A stretch of 64,000 bases of DNA from Octopus bimaculoides (lineage: Eukaryota), in contig NC_068997.1 of NCBI RefSeq assembly GCF_001194135.2, forward strand, positions 34,647,673-34,711,672. The letters are read 5' to 3'. How positions within the stretch are numbered: the stretch's first letter is position 1; the number at the start of each line of letters is the position of its first letter. Both the position numbers and the translations under genes were made by a program. Below are positions 1-12,700 of this stretch, in pieces. The notes under the pieces were generated by a model. It was not told the DNA's origin. It did no database searches and was given only the letters and a program-made list of their open reading frames with translations.

Positions 1-260
1 TATATGTATGTATATGTATATAAATATGTGTGTGTGTGTATATGTATATATATATATATGTGTGTGTATATAGAAATATATATATATATATACGTTTTTT
101 GTTGTGAATGCGTGCTCCTTTATTTTTTATGTTTGTATCCAGCCCTTACACATGCACCCTTATGTATGTGTGGGTATGTGCACGTGTGTGTCCTATGTGG
201 TGTATGTTTTGTGCGTGTATGTATGTGCCTATGTTTGAATGTATATTCCTTATGTGCATG
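1..260. repeat. Degenerate (TA)n/(TG)n microsatellite tract
   Basis: Direct reading; the overlapping ORFs translate to low-complexity VCVY/IYIY runs. Confidence 0.9.
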
Positions 261-269
261 TTATTCCTT

Positions 270-3140
270 AAACTTCATGTTATTTTCTTTAACCTACCTG
301 TATATTGCGTCCAACTCATGTTGCAGATACACAACATCTCCAGAGTTTGTATCCTCTGAGAGACTTTGGTATCGTCTGCATAGTTAGCAAGCTTGGCTAC
401 TTGAGCAGCTGAGGGCATGGCAGAAAGGATCATTATGAATAGCAGCGGCTCCAGAATAGTGCCCTGTAGAACACTTCTCATTATTTGTGTTTCCCCATTG
501 ACTCTCCCAGTACCTGGCTTCTGTCTTTTAGAAAGTCATGTAGCCACTCTCCAAGTTTTCTAAATATGCCAAGATTACGCAGCCTATGACAAATCATACC
601 ATGGTCGACTTTGTCAAAGGCTTTTACAAAGTCGAGTTATATCACATTCACATTTGGGTTGTTGAGCAGCTGCTTTAGTACCCAGTCGTAGTGCTACAAG
701 AGCTGTGTCAGGCAGCTTCTACTTGGTCCATGCTGAGTGTCAGTCAGCAAGTCATTCTCTTCAAGGAGTGCAATTAATTTCCTTCGGACTATTTGTTCCA
801 TGACTTTAATGATATGTTAGGTCAGAGAGATAGGCCTATAATTTTTAACTTCTCCTCTACTTCTTCCTTTATAGATAGAGCATACTAATCCCCCGTTTAG
901 TTTGTCCGGGAGCTTACCATTTGCGAGGAAGCTCTGAAAAAGTAGCTGCAATGGTGCTGCAAGGACTCGTTTGCATGACTTGAGAAGGATTGCTGAGAAT
1001 CCATCGGGACCAGCAGCTGAGTTTGCGTCTACATTATCTATTGCCAGCGTTACATTCTTTTCTTTGATGTTGATGTAATCAGTTGTTACTACCTCCCGTT
1101 CAGCTTCTTTAGCGGTAAAGTATACTAAAGATTTGCTAACTTGAATGTGCCGTAGGAGTGGGGTGAAGATTCTTTTGAACTGTTCATTCAGTGTTTCACT
1201 TATCCTCGTTGCGTTTCCCGTGAAGAAGCCATCTTTTTGGAGGAGTGGTCCTAACTTGCAATGCGCAGTGGCAGTCTCCTTGGCGTACTTAATTTTATAT
1301 TTCTTGTGGTCTGATTTTATATTTCTTATGATTCAGGCTTCTCTGTCTGATCTTTCCTTCTCATGAGGGCTCTTCAGTTGTTTCTCAAGTCTCCAGCAGA
1401 AATGCTGTTATACAACGTAGTGAAAGAAGTTTGCAGATAAAATTATCCTCGATTTCTCACTGCCGCTGAGTTCTCTGTTTAGACGGTTTGCAATCTCTGT
1501 ATGCCGTCTCATAAACACTTTTCTCTCCCTGGGAGTCTTGTTTTTATGTGCAGTGGCCCTTCTCCCTGGGAAAAAATTGTAGCATATGGCTTGCATTATG
1601 GACATGAAAAATTTCAATTGCATGTCTATGTCAGGTGTAGAGCAACATTGGGACCAGTATCGTTTGGTGATCTCTTTCTCAATTGATTCCCAGCCTGCTT
1701 TGTGGAAGTTCAGATTGGGTAGATTTTGGGTGCTTCTCATAGGCTGCATGCCTGTGAGTTCCTTTGGTCCATACATGGTTAGCGCTATTATGTTGTGATC
1801 CGAAATTAGTGTCGGTGTCACTTTCACACTATGGATGAGATCCACATTGTTTGTGAAGCAGACATCAAGTATATTATTTACCCTAATTGATTGGAGTATT
1901 ATTTGCTCCATATATAACTTATCGGTGAGGTTAGCAGGGATCCAACCTGACTTCGCTCATATCGCGTCATTCCTGAGTGGAAAAGACCTTCAGACCATTT
2001 CACACAGAGCAGGTTGACGTCACTCATGGAGAAGTACACTGATGTGCTCTTCTAGTTTGGTTAGGACCTCTTCTATTCTTACAAGGCAGTCTTCGAATAG
2101 GCCCGTGTGATTTGGGGCATCTGGTGAATGATTTGTTGAGTTGTCTTGTATGTACAATTTGTGTGTCCCATACTAAGTTTGAGTGTGACAAAAGCATCTG
2201 GGGAATGAGATCCTCACGGATGTACAATGCAACACCACCATGATGCCTGTCTTTTCTATCGCTTCGCAATACAACATACTTTGGTATGTGTATTTCTACA
2301 TCTGCGATGTCGGGATTTTGGTGCGTTTCAGCGAATGCTATGCATAAGGCTTGATTGAATGTTACTAAGTTTCTCAGGAAGGTAATTTTGGTTCTGTTAC
2401 TGAGTTGTAACAGTTCTCCTGCGTTTATGAAGTATACTGGTGTGATCTCTGTGATGATGCAAGCGGTATCCACCCTGGATCCTTGATTGTGGCGGTCTTA
2501 CGTGTTGGTGGGGATGGGTCATGCATAAAGAAGATTGTTGTTCAGCTGCAGCCCTTACGACGACTTCTGGATAGGGTTGGTTTTAGGAGGTAGTGCGCAC
2601 TATATCGGCATATTTTAGCTTTGATGCAGATGATGCATGACTTTTTCCCCTTCGGAGTCTGCCTTTGGTTTTTGGAGGGAGGGTTTTGTTTTTGTTCTGC
2701 CTGTTGTAAGGTTTTGGGTGCAGGAAGCAGCAGTTTGCACCGCGCGTTCTAATTGTTTGTCTTCGCGTATTGACTATCCTGACTTTTGTGTTTTACTTGG
2801 TGGCCTTCTTGTTTTTTACTTCATTTTTACTTTTATCATCATACCTTTTTATTTTTATTTTTTAGCCCTTTATTGGATCTTCGTCCTTTTTGATGCTGAT
2901 ATAGGTTTGGTAGGGCCATCAGTGCTGGTGTCTTCTTCCCTGGCAGGTCTCTCAATTTTAGTTTTCGTTTCAGATTTGTTCACTTGCGGATCAGTAGGAC
3001 CAGGGGAACATCTGTCACTCACATCAAGGTCTCCATCCTTGTCATCCTTTTTGAGCCTCTGTGCATCCATATATTCAAATAAGACATGCACTTATTTACG
3101 ATCCACGTTCATACGGTGGTTCAGACTGCAGCGTGATGTA
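270..3140 (-). mobile_element. Degraded CR1-like LINE (ORF1 remnant, APE endonuclease, RT); 3' part missing
   Basis: ORF 275..481 has QGTILEPLLF...YADDTK (RT). ORF 1408..1911 has NNILDVCFTN...SDHN (APE C-term). ORF 2024..2473 has RSDRKDRHHGGVALYIREDL (APE N-term). Many frameshifts and stops. Confidence 0.85.
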
Positions 3141-3144
3141 GTGA

Positions 3145-3210
3145 ATATGGATATGCATACACACACATATACGTATACGTATATGTGATTATGTTATGTG
3201 TGTTTGTATG

Positions 3211-3251
<41 letters not shown>

Positions 3252-3383
3252 NNNNNNNNNNNNNNNNNNNNNNNNNNNNNNNNNNNNNNNNNNNNNNNNN
3301 NNNNNNNNNNNNNNNNNNNNNNNNNNNNNNNNNNNNNNNNNNNNNNNNNNNNNNNNNNNNNNNNNNNNNNNNNNNNNNNNNNN

Positions 3384-3435
<52 letters not shown>
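3145..3435. repeat. (TA)n/(TG)n microsatellite spanning an assembly gap
   Basis: Direct reading; N run at about 3252-3382. Confidence 0.9.
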
Positions 3436-3436
<1 letters not shown>

Positions 3437-4494
3437 CGTCTGTATGTGTTTGTATGTTTAGAGAAAAGGAATGATAAATAGAAAAAAACAGAGGTGGAGG
3501 TGGGTGTACTGTTCAAATACCGAAAGTTTTCGTGCATCAAAATCGAAGTTTTCAAGCAAAATGTTTAGAAAAAAAAAAATCAAATAAAGTCAATTTTGAC
3601 GGAGCTTTATTTGCAAATATTGATCTGCTTTTTATGTATATAAAAAAAAATGAAAAGACAAGCTTAAAAACAAATTTTTCGAGAGAAGATTTAACAAACA
3701 TAAATTAGAAATACGCCACTGTATTTCATCGGCAAACAACGAAGGTATGTGAAACTAGTGAAAAGAGTATTCTGCATTTAATTTAAGAAAGGAAAAGACC
3801 CGCTGACAACAATGTACGCATGATGAGTGTATAAATATAATGCAATATATTGTGATAGCTAAACATGTAATTCTCTTTCACTATCTCCATCTCTCTCTGT
3901 CAATACATTCATAGATACACATTAATATCGATTCATATATGTACGCGAGTGTGTATGTATTTGCATGTACGTGTGTATTTGTGTGTGTATGAGTATGTGT
4001 TTGTAGTGTGTGTATGTGTGTATGTATGTGTGTGAGTGCGTGTGTGTGTGTGTGTGCGTGCGTGCGTGCGTGTTTGTGTGTAGCAAAGAGAAGGGAAGCA
4101 ACAAAATGAGGACGTGAGGTCAAGAAAGAGAAGAAAAAAAGGAAGAAAAGTGACGAAGAGCATGACAAAAACAAGGGAAACATTCTGAGTGTCTGAATAG
4201 GATTATGTATGGGGAAAATAGCAGAATTTTTAGCCATTATTGAAGACCGTTCAAATGTTCTTTTAAGTTTATTCCTCCATAACATAGATCAATAGAGAAC
4301 ATTGGATAGTTTCGTTGCCAAAACCGAGCATTTTTTTTCCGAAGCTTTGTGAACGAAAATGATGTTCCTATTTGTGTGTTTGAAATTGTTATTAATGTAT
4401 CTTCATACACCCGTTAACATCAAAATGGGGAGTAAAACGATCTATATATCAACAATACATTTACAAACAGTTACGTATATTCACATCTGTGCAT

Positions 4495-4620
4495 ACGTAT
4501 GTATGCATGTATGTATGTCTGCATGTATGTATGTCTGCATGTATGTATGCATGTATGTATGTCTGCATGTATGTATGCATGTATGTATGTACACACATTC
4601 ACACATACACACACACACAT
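4495..4620. repeat. (TATG)n-based compound microsatellite with a 16-bp GCATGTATGTATGTCT unit, then (CA)n
   Basis: Direct reading. Confidence 0.85.
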
Positions 4621-4699
4621 ATCTTTTATCTCTCATCCTTTAATTTTTCAGTCAATTTTTAGTAGAATGAATTGACTCTAGTACCAGTACTTATTTTAT

Positions 4700-4892
4700 A
4701 TTTTTTTATAGCCTGGCATTTATTCTATCGCTCCCTTTGCCGAACTGCTAGATTATGGGGACGTTAACACACTAGCAAGTAGTCGTCAAGTGGTTCGTCA
4801 AAAGAGACCAATATACTAAGTAATAGGCTTAAAAGAAATAAGTCCTGGAATCGGTTTGTTCGACTAAAACCTTTCAAAGCGGTGCTCCAGTA
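4700..4892. mobile_element. Fragments of SINE family A 3' region
   Basis: Shares AATAAGTCCTGG..TCGATTTG.TCGACTAAA...GCGGTGCTCCAG with the copy at 7575-7946. Confidence 0.55.
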
Positions 4893-5439
4893 GAAAAAAA
4901 GATAATCCTACATCTCTTCAACGGATCATTTTACCAATTGAGACAACCAAATGAGATCATAAATTAATTTTCGAATCGCCAGAGCAACATGAAAATGATT
5001 ACTTGAAAATATGACATTGAGATTATCCCAGTTGTCCTCGAAGAAGCAGATTTTTAAGGGCCACTAAGCTTATTACAACGAATCATAGGCTCGAGTGGTT
5101 TTAAGAAGAAACTGTATTATGTACCATATCAATAACAACATAGGATTGGGGAGATCCAGTAACCATTGAATAAAGAGATGGCAACAGCTATAACCTGAAT
5201 ACTCTCCTTTTTCACCGAGAAATTCTTTTAATGATCTTTAACAGAAATGCCTGCAGCTAAGATTGCAATAAGGGGAAATTGCAATTATTTAATGTGTTAT
5301 TACAAACAATTGCCCTACAGGTTGTAACTGTCTAATTAATGATGTACTTCATAAACGTATAAGGTTTATTAGCGGCGGGGAATGTTATCATGTACAGTTG
5401 CTAAATTTTAAATAACCAGAAGAATACTCACACATGCAA

Positions 5440-5800
5440 TCACTCATCTCGAAACTCGGCCAGAAACAATACGACATCTCTTCAGCAAGGACAAAAATAT
5501 CCCGTACAACATCCAATGGAAGATTTTACCAACGGTAATAAAAGACATGTAGGACGGCTGCAATGAAGATCCATTTTGCAAACAATTCAATCTTGAACAA
5601 AAATTTCGAACTCATATCAACGCAAAAGTACATGACGACAAAATTACACCTATGTTACAGACCAATCGAATATATTTATATATTTCCAAAGTCTCCAAAT
5701 TTAATGGTATAAGATGGTGACGTCTATATTTAGTGATTTTTACGTCTAAAAAACGGTATACTAATATTGATATGATGGACGTATAAGTGTTCAGCTTTTC
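5440..5800 (+). mobile_element. Penelope-like element 3' fragment (C-terminal tail of the GIY-YIG region plus 3' UTR)
   Basis: Frameshifted translation KDKNIPYNIQWKIL...NKNFELIST parallels the C-terminal segments at 17455-17697 and 63744-63950. Confidence 0.5.
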
Positions 5801-5884
5801 TGCTGAACGACCTGCACAAATGATTTGTTTATAGTGATCAAATGTGCTGTATATTAGCTTACTCCCTCGTTGTCTGAACCGGTG

Positions 5885-6035
5885 CAAGGTAGTACCACAC
5901 GTCAGGTGTTGAAGTGATCGCAGAGCAAAGTGAGATGAAGCGTTTTAGTCAAGAACGCAACGCACCACCGGTGTAGGAATTGAAACCACAATCTCGTTAT
6001 CGTGAGTCCAACATCCTAACCACTAGGCCATGCGT
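5885..6035 (-). mobile_element. tRNA-derived SINE family D
   Basis: The minus strand has A-box-like TAGTGGTTAGG and B-box-like GGTTTCAATTCC; homologous to 41683-41900 (+). Confidence 0.7.
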
Positions 6036-6279
6036 CCTCACACTGATATTTTTATAGACTGAGTAGACGCCATATAAGACATACGTGTTTATTTACGTAC
6101 GAGTATGAAAGTATTCATATATGTTTTTAATTGCGTGAATGACTGGGTATATATGTAAATAGTGAAGAAATGAATATGTGTAACTACACAGCCTCAAGTG
6201 TGTATATCTGTATATACTAACATTAATGTAGAGACGGAGGATAAGAATGCATACATATTTATAGACACGTAATGTTAAC

Positions 6280-6680
<401 letters not shown>

Positions 6681-6825
6681 AAGATAGATAGATTGATAGA
6701 TTATTAAACTAATAGATAGATAGTGTATAGGTATATAGATATAGATATATGTGCGTCTATCCATTGGTATTGGGTATACACACGTGTGAGTGTATATGTG
6801 CGCATATCTTAATATATATATATTT

Positions 6826-7172
6826 GGAGGTGCAATGGCCCAGTGGTTAGGGCAGTGGAGTCGTAGGATCGCGGTTTCGATTCCCAGACCGGCGTTTATT
6901 AAGCGAAAACACCTAAAGTTCCACGAGGCTCCGGCAGGGGATGGTGGCGAACCCTGTTGTACTCCTTCTCTCACTCTTTCTTCCTATTTCTGTATTACCT
7001 GTATTTCAAAGGGCCAGCCTTGTCACACTCTGTGTCACGCTGAATCTCCCAGAGAACTACGTTAAGGGTACACGTGTCTGTTGAGTGCTCAGCCACCTGC
7101 ACGTTAANNNNNNNNNNNNNNNNNNNNNCACGTTAATTTCACGAGCAAGCAGTTCCGTTGATCGGATCAACT
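6826..7172 (+). mobile_element. tRNA-derived SINE family C
   Basis: Head GGAGGTGCAATGGCCCAGTGGTTAGG...GGTTTCGATTCCC (A/B boxes); body shared with 40165-40355. Confidence 0.8.
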
Positions 7173-7574
7173 GGATCCATTACATATATATATATATATA
7201 TATATATGATTTAACAGAAAGGACCCAGCAAGGAGGAAAAACAGCAAGCTGAAGACGAAAATACAGCAAGCGAAGATAAAAACGCAATATACGGAAACCT
7301 AGACGTTAATAAAACAAACGGGAAACTGGACAAAACGAGACACACGAAAGATTCGCAGCCGATTTTCTCCTCAGTCAATGTCAGGAATGTCCTAGCAGTT
7401 TCGTGTTTTCAACACTGAGACTGCTTAATTCCCGCAAGCGCCAGAGTATTAAGCTTCAGGGAAAAGCGAATGTATACGAGAATAAACACAAGAACAAGAA
7501 AGCTAAAAAATATACATATACAACATGATAAAATAATATATGTGTACATATATATATGTATACATACATATATA

Positions 7575-7946
7575 GGCGCAGGAGTGGCTGTTTGGTAAGT
7601 AGCTTGCTTACCAACCACATAGTTCCGGGTTCAGTCCCACTGTGTGGCACCTTGGGTAAGTGTCTGACCAAATCCTTGTGAGTGGATTTGGTAGACGGAA
7701 ACTGAAAGAATTCCGTCGCATATATGTATATGTATATATATATGTGTGTTTGTGTATCTGTTTCCCCCCCCCCCCAACATCGCTTGACAACCGATGTTAT
7801 TTTACGTCCCCTTAACCTACCGGTTCGGCAAAAGAGACCGATAAAATAAGTACTAGGCTTACAAAGAATAAGTCCTGGGGTCGATTTGCTCGATTAAAAG
7901 CGGTGCTCCAGCATAGCCGCAGTCAAATAACTGAAACAAGTAAAAG
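7575..7946 (+). mobile_element. tRNA-derived SINE family A
   Basis: Head GGCGCAGGAGTGGCTGTTTGGTAAG...GGGTTCAGTCCC; internal microsatellite; homologous copies at 48317-48812 (+) and 53066-53414 (-). Confidence 0.85.
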
Positions 7947-8107
7947 TGTATACATATATATGCACGCATACACACACACACGCAAACACACATACACACA
8001 TATATATGTATATATGTATGTATGCGTGTATGTTGATACATATATATGTGTGTGTGTACGTACGTATGTATGTATATATATATGTATGTATATAATANNN
8101 NNNNNNN

Positions 8108-8560
8108 GGATAAGTTAGAGTCAACAGGAAGGAATACGGTTGGACAGTTATTTTTTAATCATGACAAATGTTTCCATGCGACATAGCTCTTCATATATAC
8201 AGGTATTTGATTATACAACTGTTTACTTCTATAATGGGATCCAGTTGTATTTCCTTAGGTGATATTCAGTTGTTGTCTCTGTCGGTAAACAACCTCCGAC
8301 TACGATGCTAGCACGTCCATCGGCCTTGTTTGAATTTAGTAGACACTGGTAGTTTTATTCTGCTTACTGTTAACTTGCTTTTCCGTGCCTGCTATGAGTG
8401 GTATTGGACACATTGAATCTTTATTTTGGTACTATCCGAATTTTTATCTGTTCCTCATGTTAGGCTGCACATGTGAAAATTTATTATCCGAAATATTCAT
8501 TTCTCGTTAGAATGGGGATGTCCTTTATCGAAAAGTCTAGATTTAGTTTTTACATCCTTT
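8108..8560 (-). mobile_element. Probable Penelope-like 3' fragment with degenerate hammerhead-like motif
   Basis: Terminal sequence is shared with 61432-61680. The minus strand reads TGAAGAG-CTATG-TCG-CATG-GAAAC-ATTT-GTC at about 8163-8194. Confidence 0.45.
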
Positions 8561-8632
8561 GACCCTTCGTAGTACTCTGATTCAAAAAAAGCGACTTCGA
8601 CCAGTTATCTGTTTTTGGTCAGTATTATTTAA

Positions 8633-8877
8633 GGTATATTCCGTTAAGAACGCAGCAGAGTACAGTATAGAGCTCGTTCAACCTCAGAATTACTGAATAG
8701 CTGGTAGTATTACGATATACTTCCAAGTCTAGATATTGGCATTCAATTTTATTTTCACACACGACGTATGCCGAAATCTAAACTTAGAAGTATATCGTAA
8801 TACTATCAGCTATTCAGTAATTCGAAGGGTGAACGAGCTCTATACTATACTCTGCCACGTTCTTAAGGGAATGTAAC
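8633..8877. mobile_element. Near-palindromic MITE-like element flanked by TTAA
   Basis: Imperfect inverted arms 8626-8742 and 8768-8884 with a ~25-nt loop; TTAA at 8629-8632 and 8878-8881. Confidence 0.65.
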
Positions 8878-8959
8878 TTAAATACATACATACATACATA
8901 CATACATACATACTCCATAATTTTACGATTTTTTTCGAAAAGTTCGCACAACAAAACTT

Positions 8960-9150
8960 TGTGAGTTTATTAACTTCTCATCGAGTTTCTATTAACTTGA
9001 CGTGAATTGATTTATCCTCGTCGAGTTTATTAATTGCTCGTGAGTTGTTTAAATCCTTGTGGAGTTTATTAATTCCTCGTGAGTGGTTTAAAACCTTACC
9101 GATTTATTAATTCTTCGTGAAAGTTTAGACCCTCGTCGTGGATTTATATA
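8960..9150. repeat. Degenerate ~38-bp minisatellite (GAGTTTATTAATTCCTCGTGAG...)
   Basis: The motif recurs about 5 times with heavy divergence. Confidence 0.55.
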
Positions 9151-9721
9151 ACACTCACTTCGGTATACAGTATACGTAGTAAAACCAGTAAAGACTTGAC
9201 TATCTCTGACCACCTACTACTACTCTCTGGTACTTTGTGTACTTCTCTTTACTTATAGTGACTAGATTATTCCATTCGTCATGTGAGAGGGGTGTACCAT
9301 TATTACTAATTCCCTACAACACTATATATGCTCGCTTACGCATGCAAATACTGTGAAATTTGTAAATACATAAACGTGCATACAATTACACGCATACACA
9401 CTGTCACACACATGTATTAACACATACACACACACACACACACACANNNNNNNNNNNNNNNNNNNNNNNNNNNNNNNNNNNNNNNNNNNNNNNNNNNNNN
9501 NNNNNNNNNNNNNNNNNNNNNNNNNNNNNNNNNNNNNNNNNNNNNNNNNNNNNNNNNNNNNNNNNNNNNNNNNNNNNNNNNNNNNNNNNNNNNNNNNNNN
9601 NNNNNNNNNNNNNNNNNNNNNNNNNNNNNNNNNNNNNNNNNNNNNNNNNNNNNNNNNNNNNNNNNNNNNNNNNNNNNNNNNNNNNNNNNNNNNNNNNNNN
9701 NNNNNNNNNNNNNNNNNNNNN

Positions 9722-12700
9722 CCTGGGTCTCCACTTGATCCACGGTTCCAATTCACTGAAAGATGTGAACTGTGGAAGAACTTCACAAACGGAGATCATA
9801 CCTGTTCACCATCTAGGTAGAGCCATAGTAGAAGCGCGAGATCCTCAGTCTCAAACACGGCATCCCTAGCCCACTCTTTAGCGGCTGTTGACAGCAGATA
9901 GATCGTCGGACTTACGGAACCCCGCCCCTCCACAAAAAGCGGAAGAGTAGGCGTTCCATTTTGCCCAACCACGACGGGCAAGGCACGACGGTTAGGTGGT
10001 AGGTAATGACATGCGATAAATACATTTGCACTTCCACCCTCCCTTTTAGGGACAGCTGCTTTCCAGACCAGGTCTGGGTTAGGCCAGCCACCCTGCTCCT
10101 GACCTCGCTCCAGTTTCTATCTATCTGGAGGTCTGGACCAAACCAAACCCCTAACATTTTCACTGGACCGTCCGTCCAACGCCCCACGACGCTATATGAT
10201 AGCATCGACTTGCCTTTCCAGGTACCGAGTTGCAAGCCGACTGACTTTTATTCTTGCTCGTGCCACCGCTCGTATTCCTTTATGACCCCACCCACTTGTG
10301 GCCGGTGGTTGCCACTGGATACGATGATGGTAATGTCATCTGCGTATGACATGACAGTTCCTCCGAAACCGAGATCTCGTGGGACGCCCTCCAGAGCCTC
10401 CGCCCTCCGCAGTAAGGGCTCCAATGCCAAGACATAGAGAAGAGGAGAAAGAGAGCATCTTTGACGAACAGAACGCCTGATACAGAACGGATTCGACAGG
10501 AACCCGTTCACCTGAACTATCGACGAAATATCACTGTAAATAGCCTTGATCCAACCACGGAAGGTCGGGCCAAAGTCGGCTGCTTCGAGGACTGCTGCCA
10601 GGTATTGGTGGTCCACCCTATCAAATGCCTTAGACTGGTCTAAAAGGACTAGAGCCTCACCTAAAGAAGGTTTCCTATTTGCTTTATCTATAGTATAGCG
10701 TATAAAGTGAAGATTGTCATGGATGTTCCTGCCTGGAACGGCGCATGTCTGCACCTTCCCGACAAGTCCATCGACAACCCGCGTCAACCTTTTCGCTAAT
10801 ACTTTGGCCAAAATCTTCAACTCTACATTTAGTAGAGTGATGGGCCTAAAATTATCTAACCTGTGCCCCTTGTGTGGGTCCTTTCTGATCAGCACTACCA
10901 CGCCCCGTCTCACAGAGCTAGGTATACGCCCATTCTGCTGCCAGTTGGTTAAAATGCTCGCCAGCAGGTGCCCAAATAGGCCTGGCATCGTTGTGTACAA
11001 CTCGTAGGGTAGACCATCTCTTACCGGCGACTTTTCCTTTCCACATTCGACCAAGACGTCCTTCATCTCTGTGGCAGTGATCGGCCCTTCACAACGTTCC
11101 GCTTCCCTCCCCGAGAGTCACGGCACACCGTTTAGGAGGTCCGCAAGGTCTCTCCTACGATCCGGTGCGCCGCTTCCCCCAAAGATCTGGGTGAAATGCT
11201 GCTGAAGAACCTCACACTTTCATCGGGTTCGTCCACCAACCGCTCGTGTAGATCCGTCAAAGACCCAATTGTGGAATCGTTGCCACACTGAGTCTTTACC
11301 ACATGAGCCCATCCGGCGACGTTGATTCCTTTCGTCCCATTGCACGAAGCTTAGCTCTGGCTATGCACCCTTAGTGTTTGCAACTGAGGTATTGGTCTAA
11401 TGCCAATCTCGCCGCCAAAACTCTAGGTGCACAGCTTACCCTCAATGCTTCATCTAGCACCTTCACTAGATCCCCTTCTATTCTAGCCCTTCTTTGCTAA
11501 ATCTAATCGCCGTCATAACATGTTCCTTAATCCGGATCCTGTACTCCTCACAAGCTAGTAACGTCTTGTTGAGTTTCCAGTAACCGGATCCCTGACTTAT
11601 CATCTTATCTAAGTCCATCCTGCTGACCAGCAATTTGCGGTCAGAAAAGTGGACTATATCAAACTGTGGACAACTAACGCTATCCTTATCACTGATCCAG
11701 ACAAATAACCTGTCTAGATAAGATCTGGACGACCCATGGCTATTCAGCCACGTCCACTGTGGAGCATCCGAGTAGTCCAGTCTGAAACGATCTGCTAGCT
11801 GAAACTTGCTAAGCAGATCTCTAAGGCGAGGGTTCCATACTCTGTTGAGTTTCGAGCGAACACAATCCACGCGTGCATCGAGGATTGTGTTAACGTCACC
11901 TAACACCACTGGAGTGTGAGATGTCCCGAGAAAGACGTCCAGGCGTCTAAAGAAGTTCGACTGCCCTGCATTACATGGTGCATAGACACCCACTAGCCGA
12001 AGGCCTGCCCACTGCTACATGTGGGCTACATGAACGACCAGCCTACCTTCTGGATCTGCAAAGATAGACTCTATAATAAGCCCCAGATTCCACCTGAAAA
12101 GAGCTACTACTCCCCTACACCCTCTAGGCTGGCATATACAAATAGATTTCTTATAGCTATTCAAGAGATGTGAGAAAGCCTGCAGACTGCTCATTCTGGT
12201 CTCTGTGGTGACAAAACATCCAAATTACGCGACTGGAGTTCGCCCAGGTAGCAGCATTGCTTCCAGACCGAACCCAGACTATGCACATTCAAACATCCAA
12301 CTTTCAAGAAAATCATAAGAGTACTTACAATTTCATTAATGTTTCTTCGTGAGGGAACTACCTGTTCCCTCCCCCTCCTTCCTCTTCTCTTGTAGAGTGT
12401 GGTGAGATTTCAATCAATTTTGAAAAATGTTGGGTAGGAACTTGCTCCACAGCCCGACCCAATTTGGGTAACGTTCTTCTAACGTTATGTGCCATGTTCG
12501 TTGCACTTTGTAAAAGTGATAGTTCACTGGCGTATGTATTTTTGTGTCTATCTCTTTCAGTTTCATCTGTTTGAGTAATTTTCTGAAGGAAGCATTTTCA
12601 GTGTAGAACACTGAGATGCCTTCATCAAATAGATCCGCGCAAGGTGGGTAAGTTTTTGTTGGTGAGGGTTGGGGCGGTGAGCGCAAGGTGAATGATGTGG

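Noticed and set aside
4-387. ORFs rich in IY/VC/HT/N/Y runs here and throughout the track (e.g. 6093-6691, 20113-20500, 22977-23289, 58592-59146)
   Set aside because: These are translations of microsatellites and N gaps, not proteins.
7385-7460. Hammerhead on the minus strand (CTGAAG...CGAAAC)
   Set aside because: The core lacks GA at positions 8-9, and stems I and III could not be formed convincingly.
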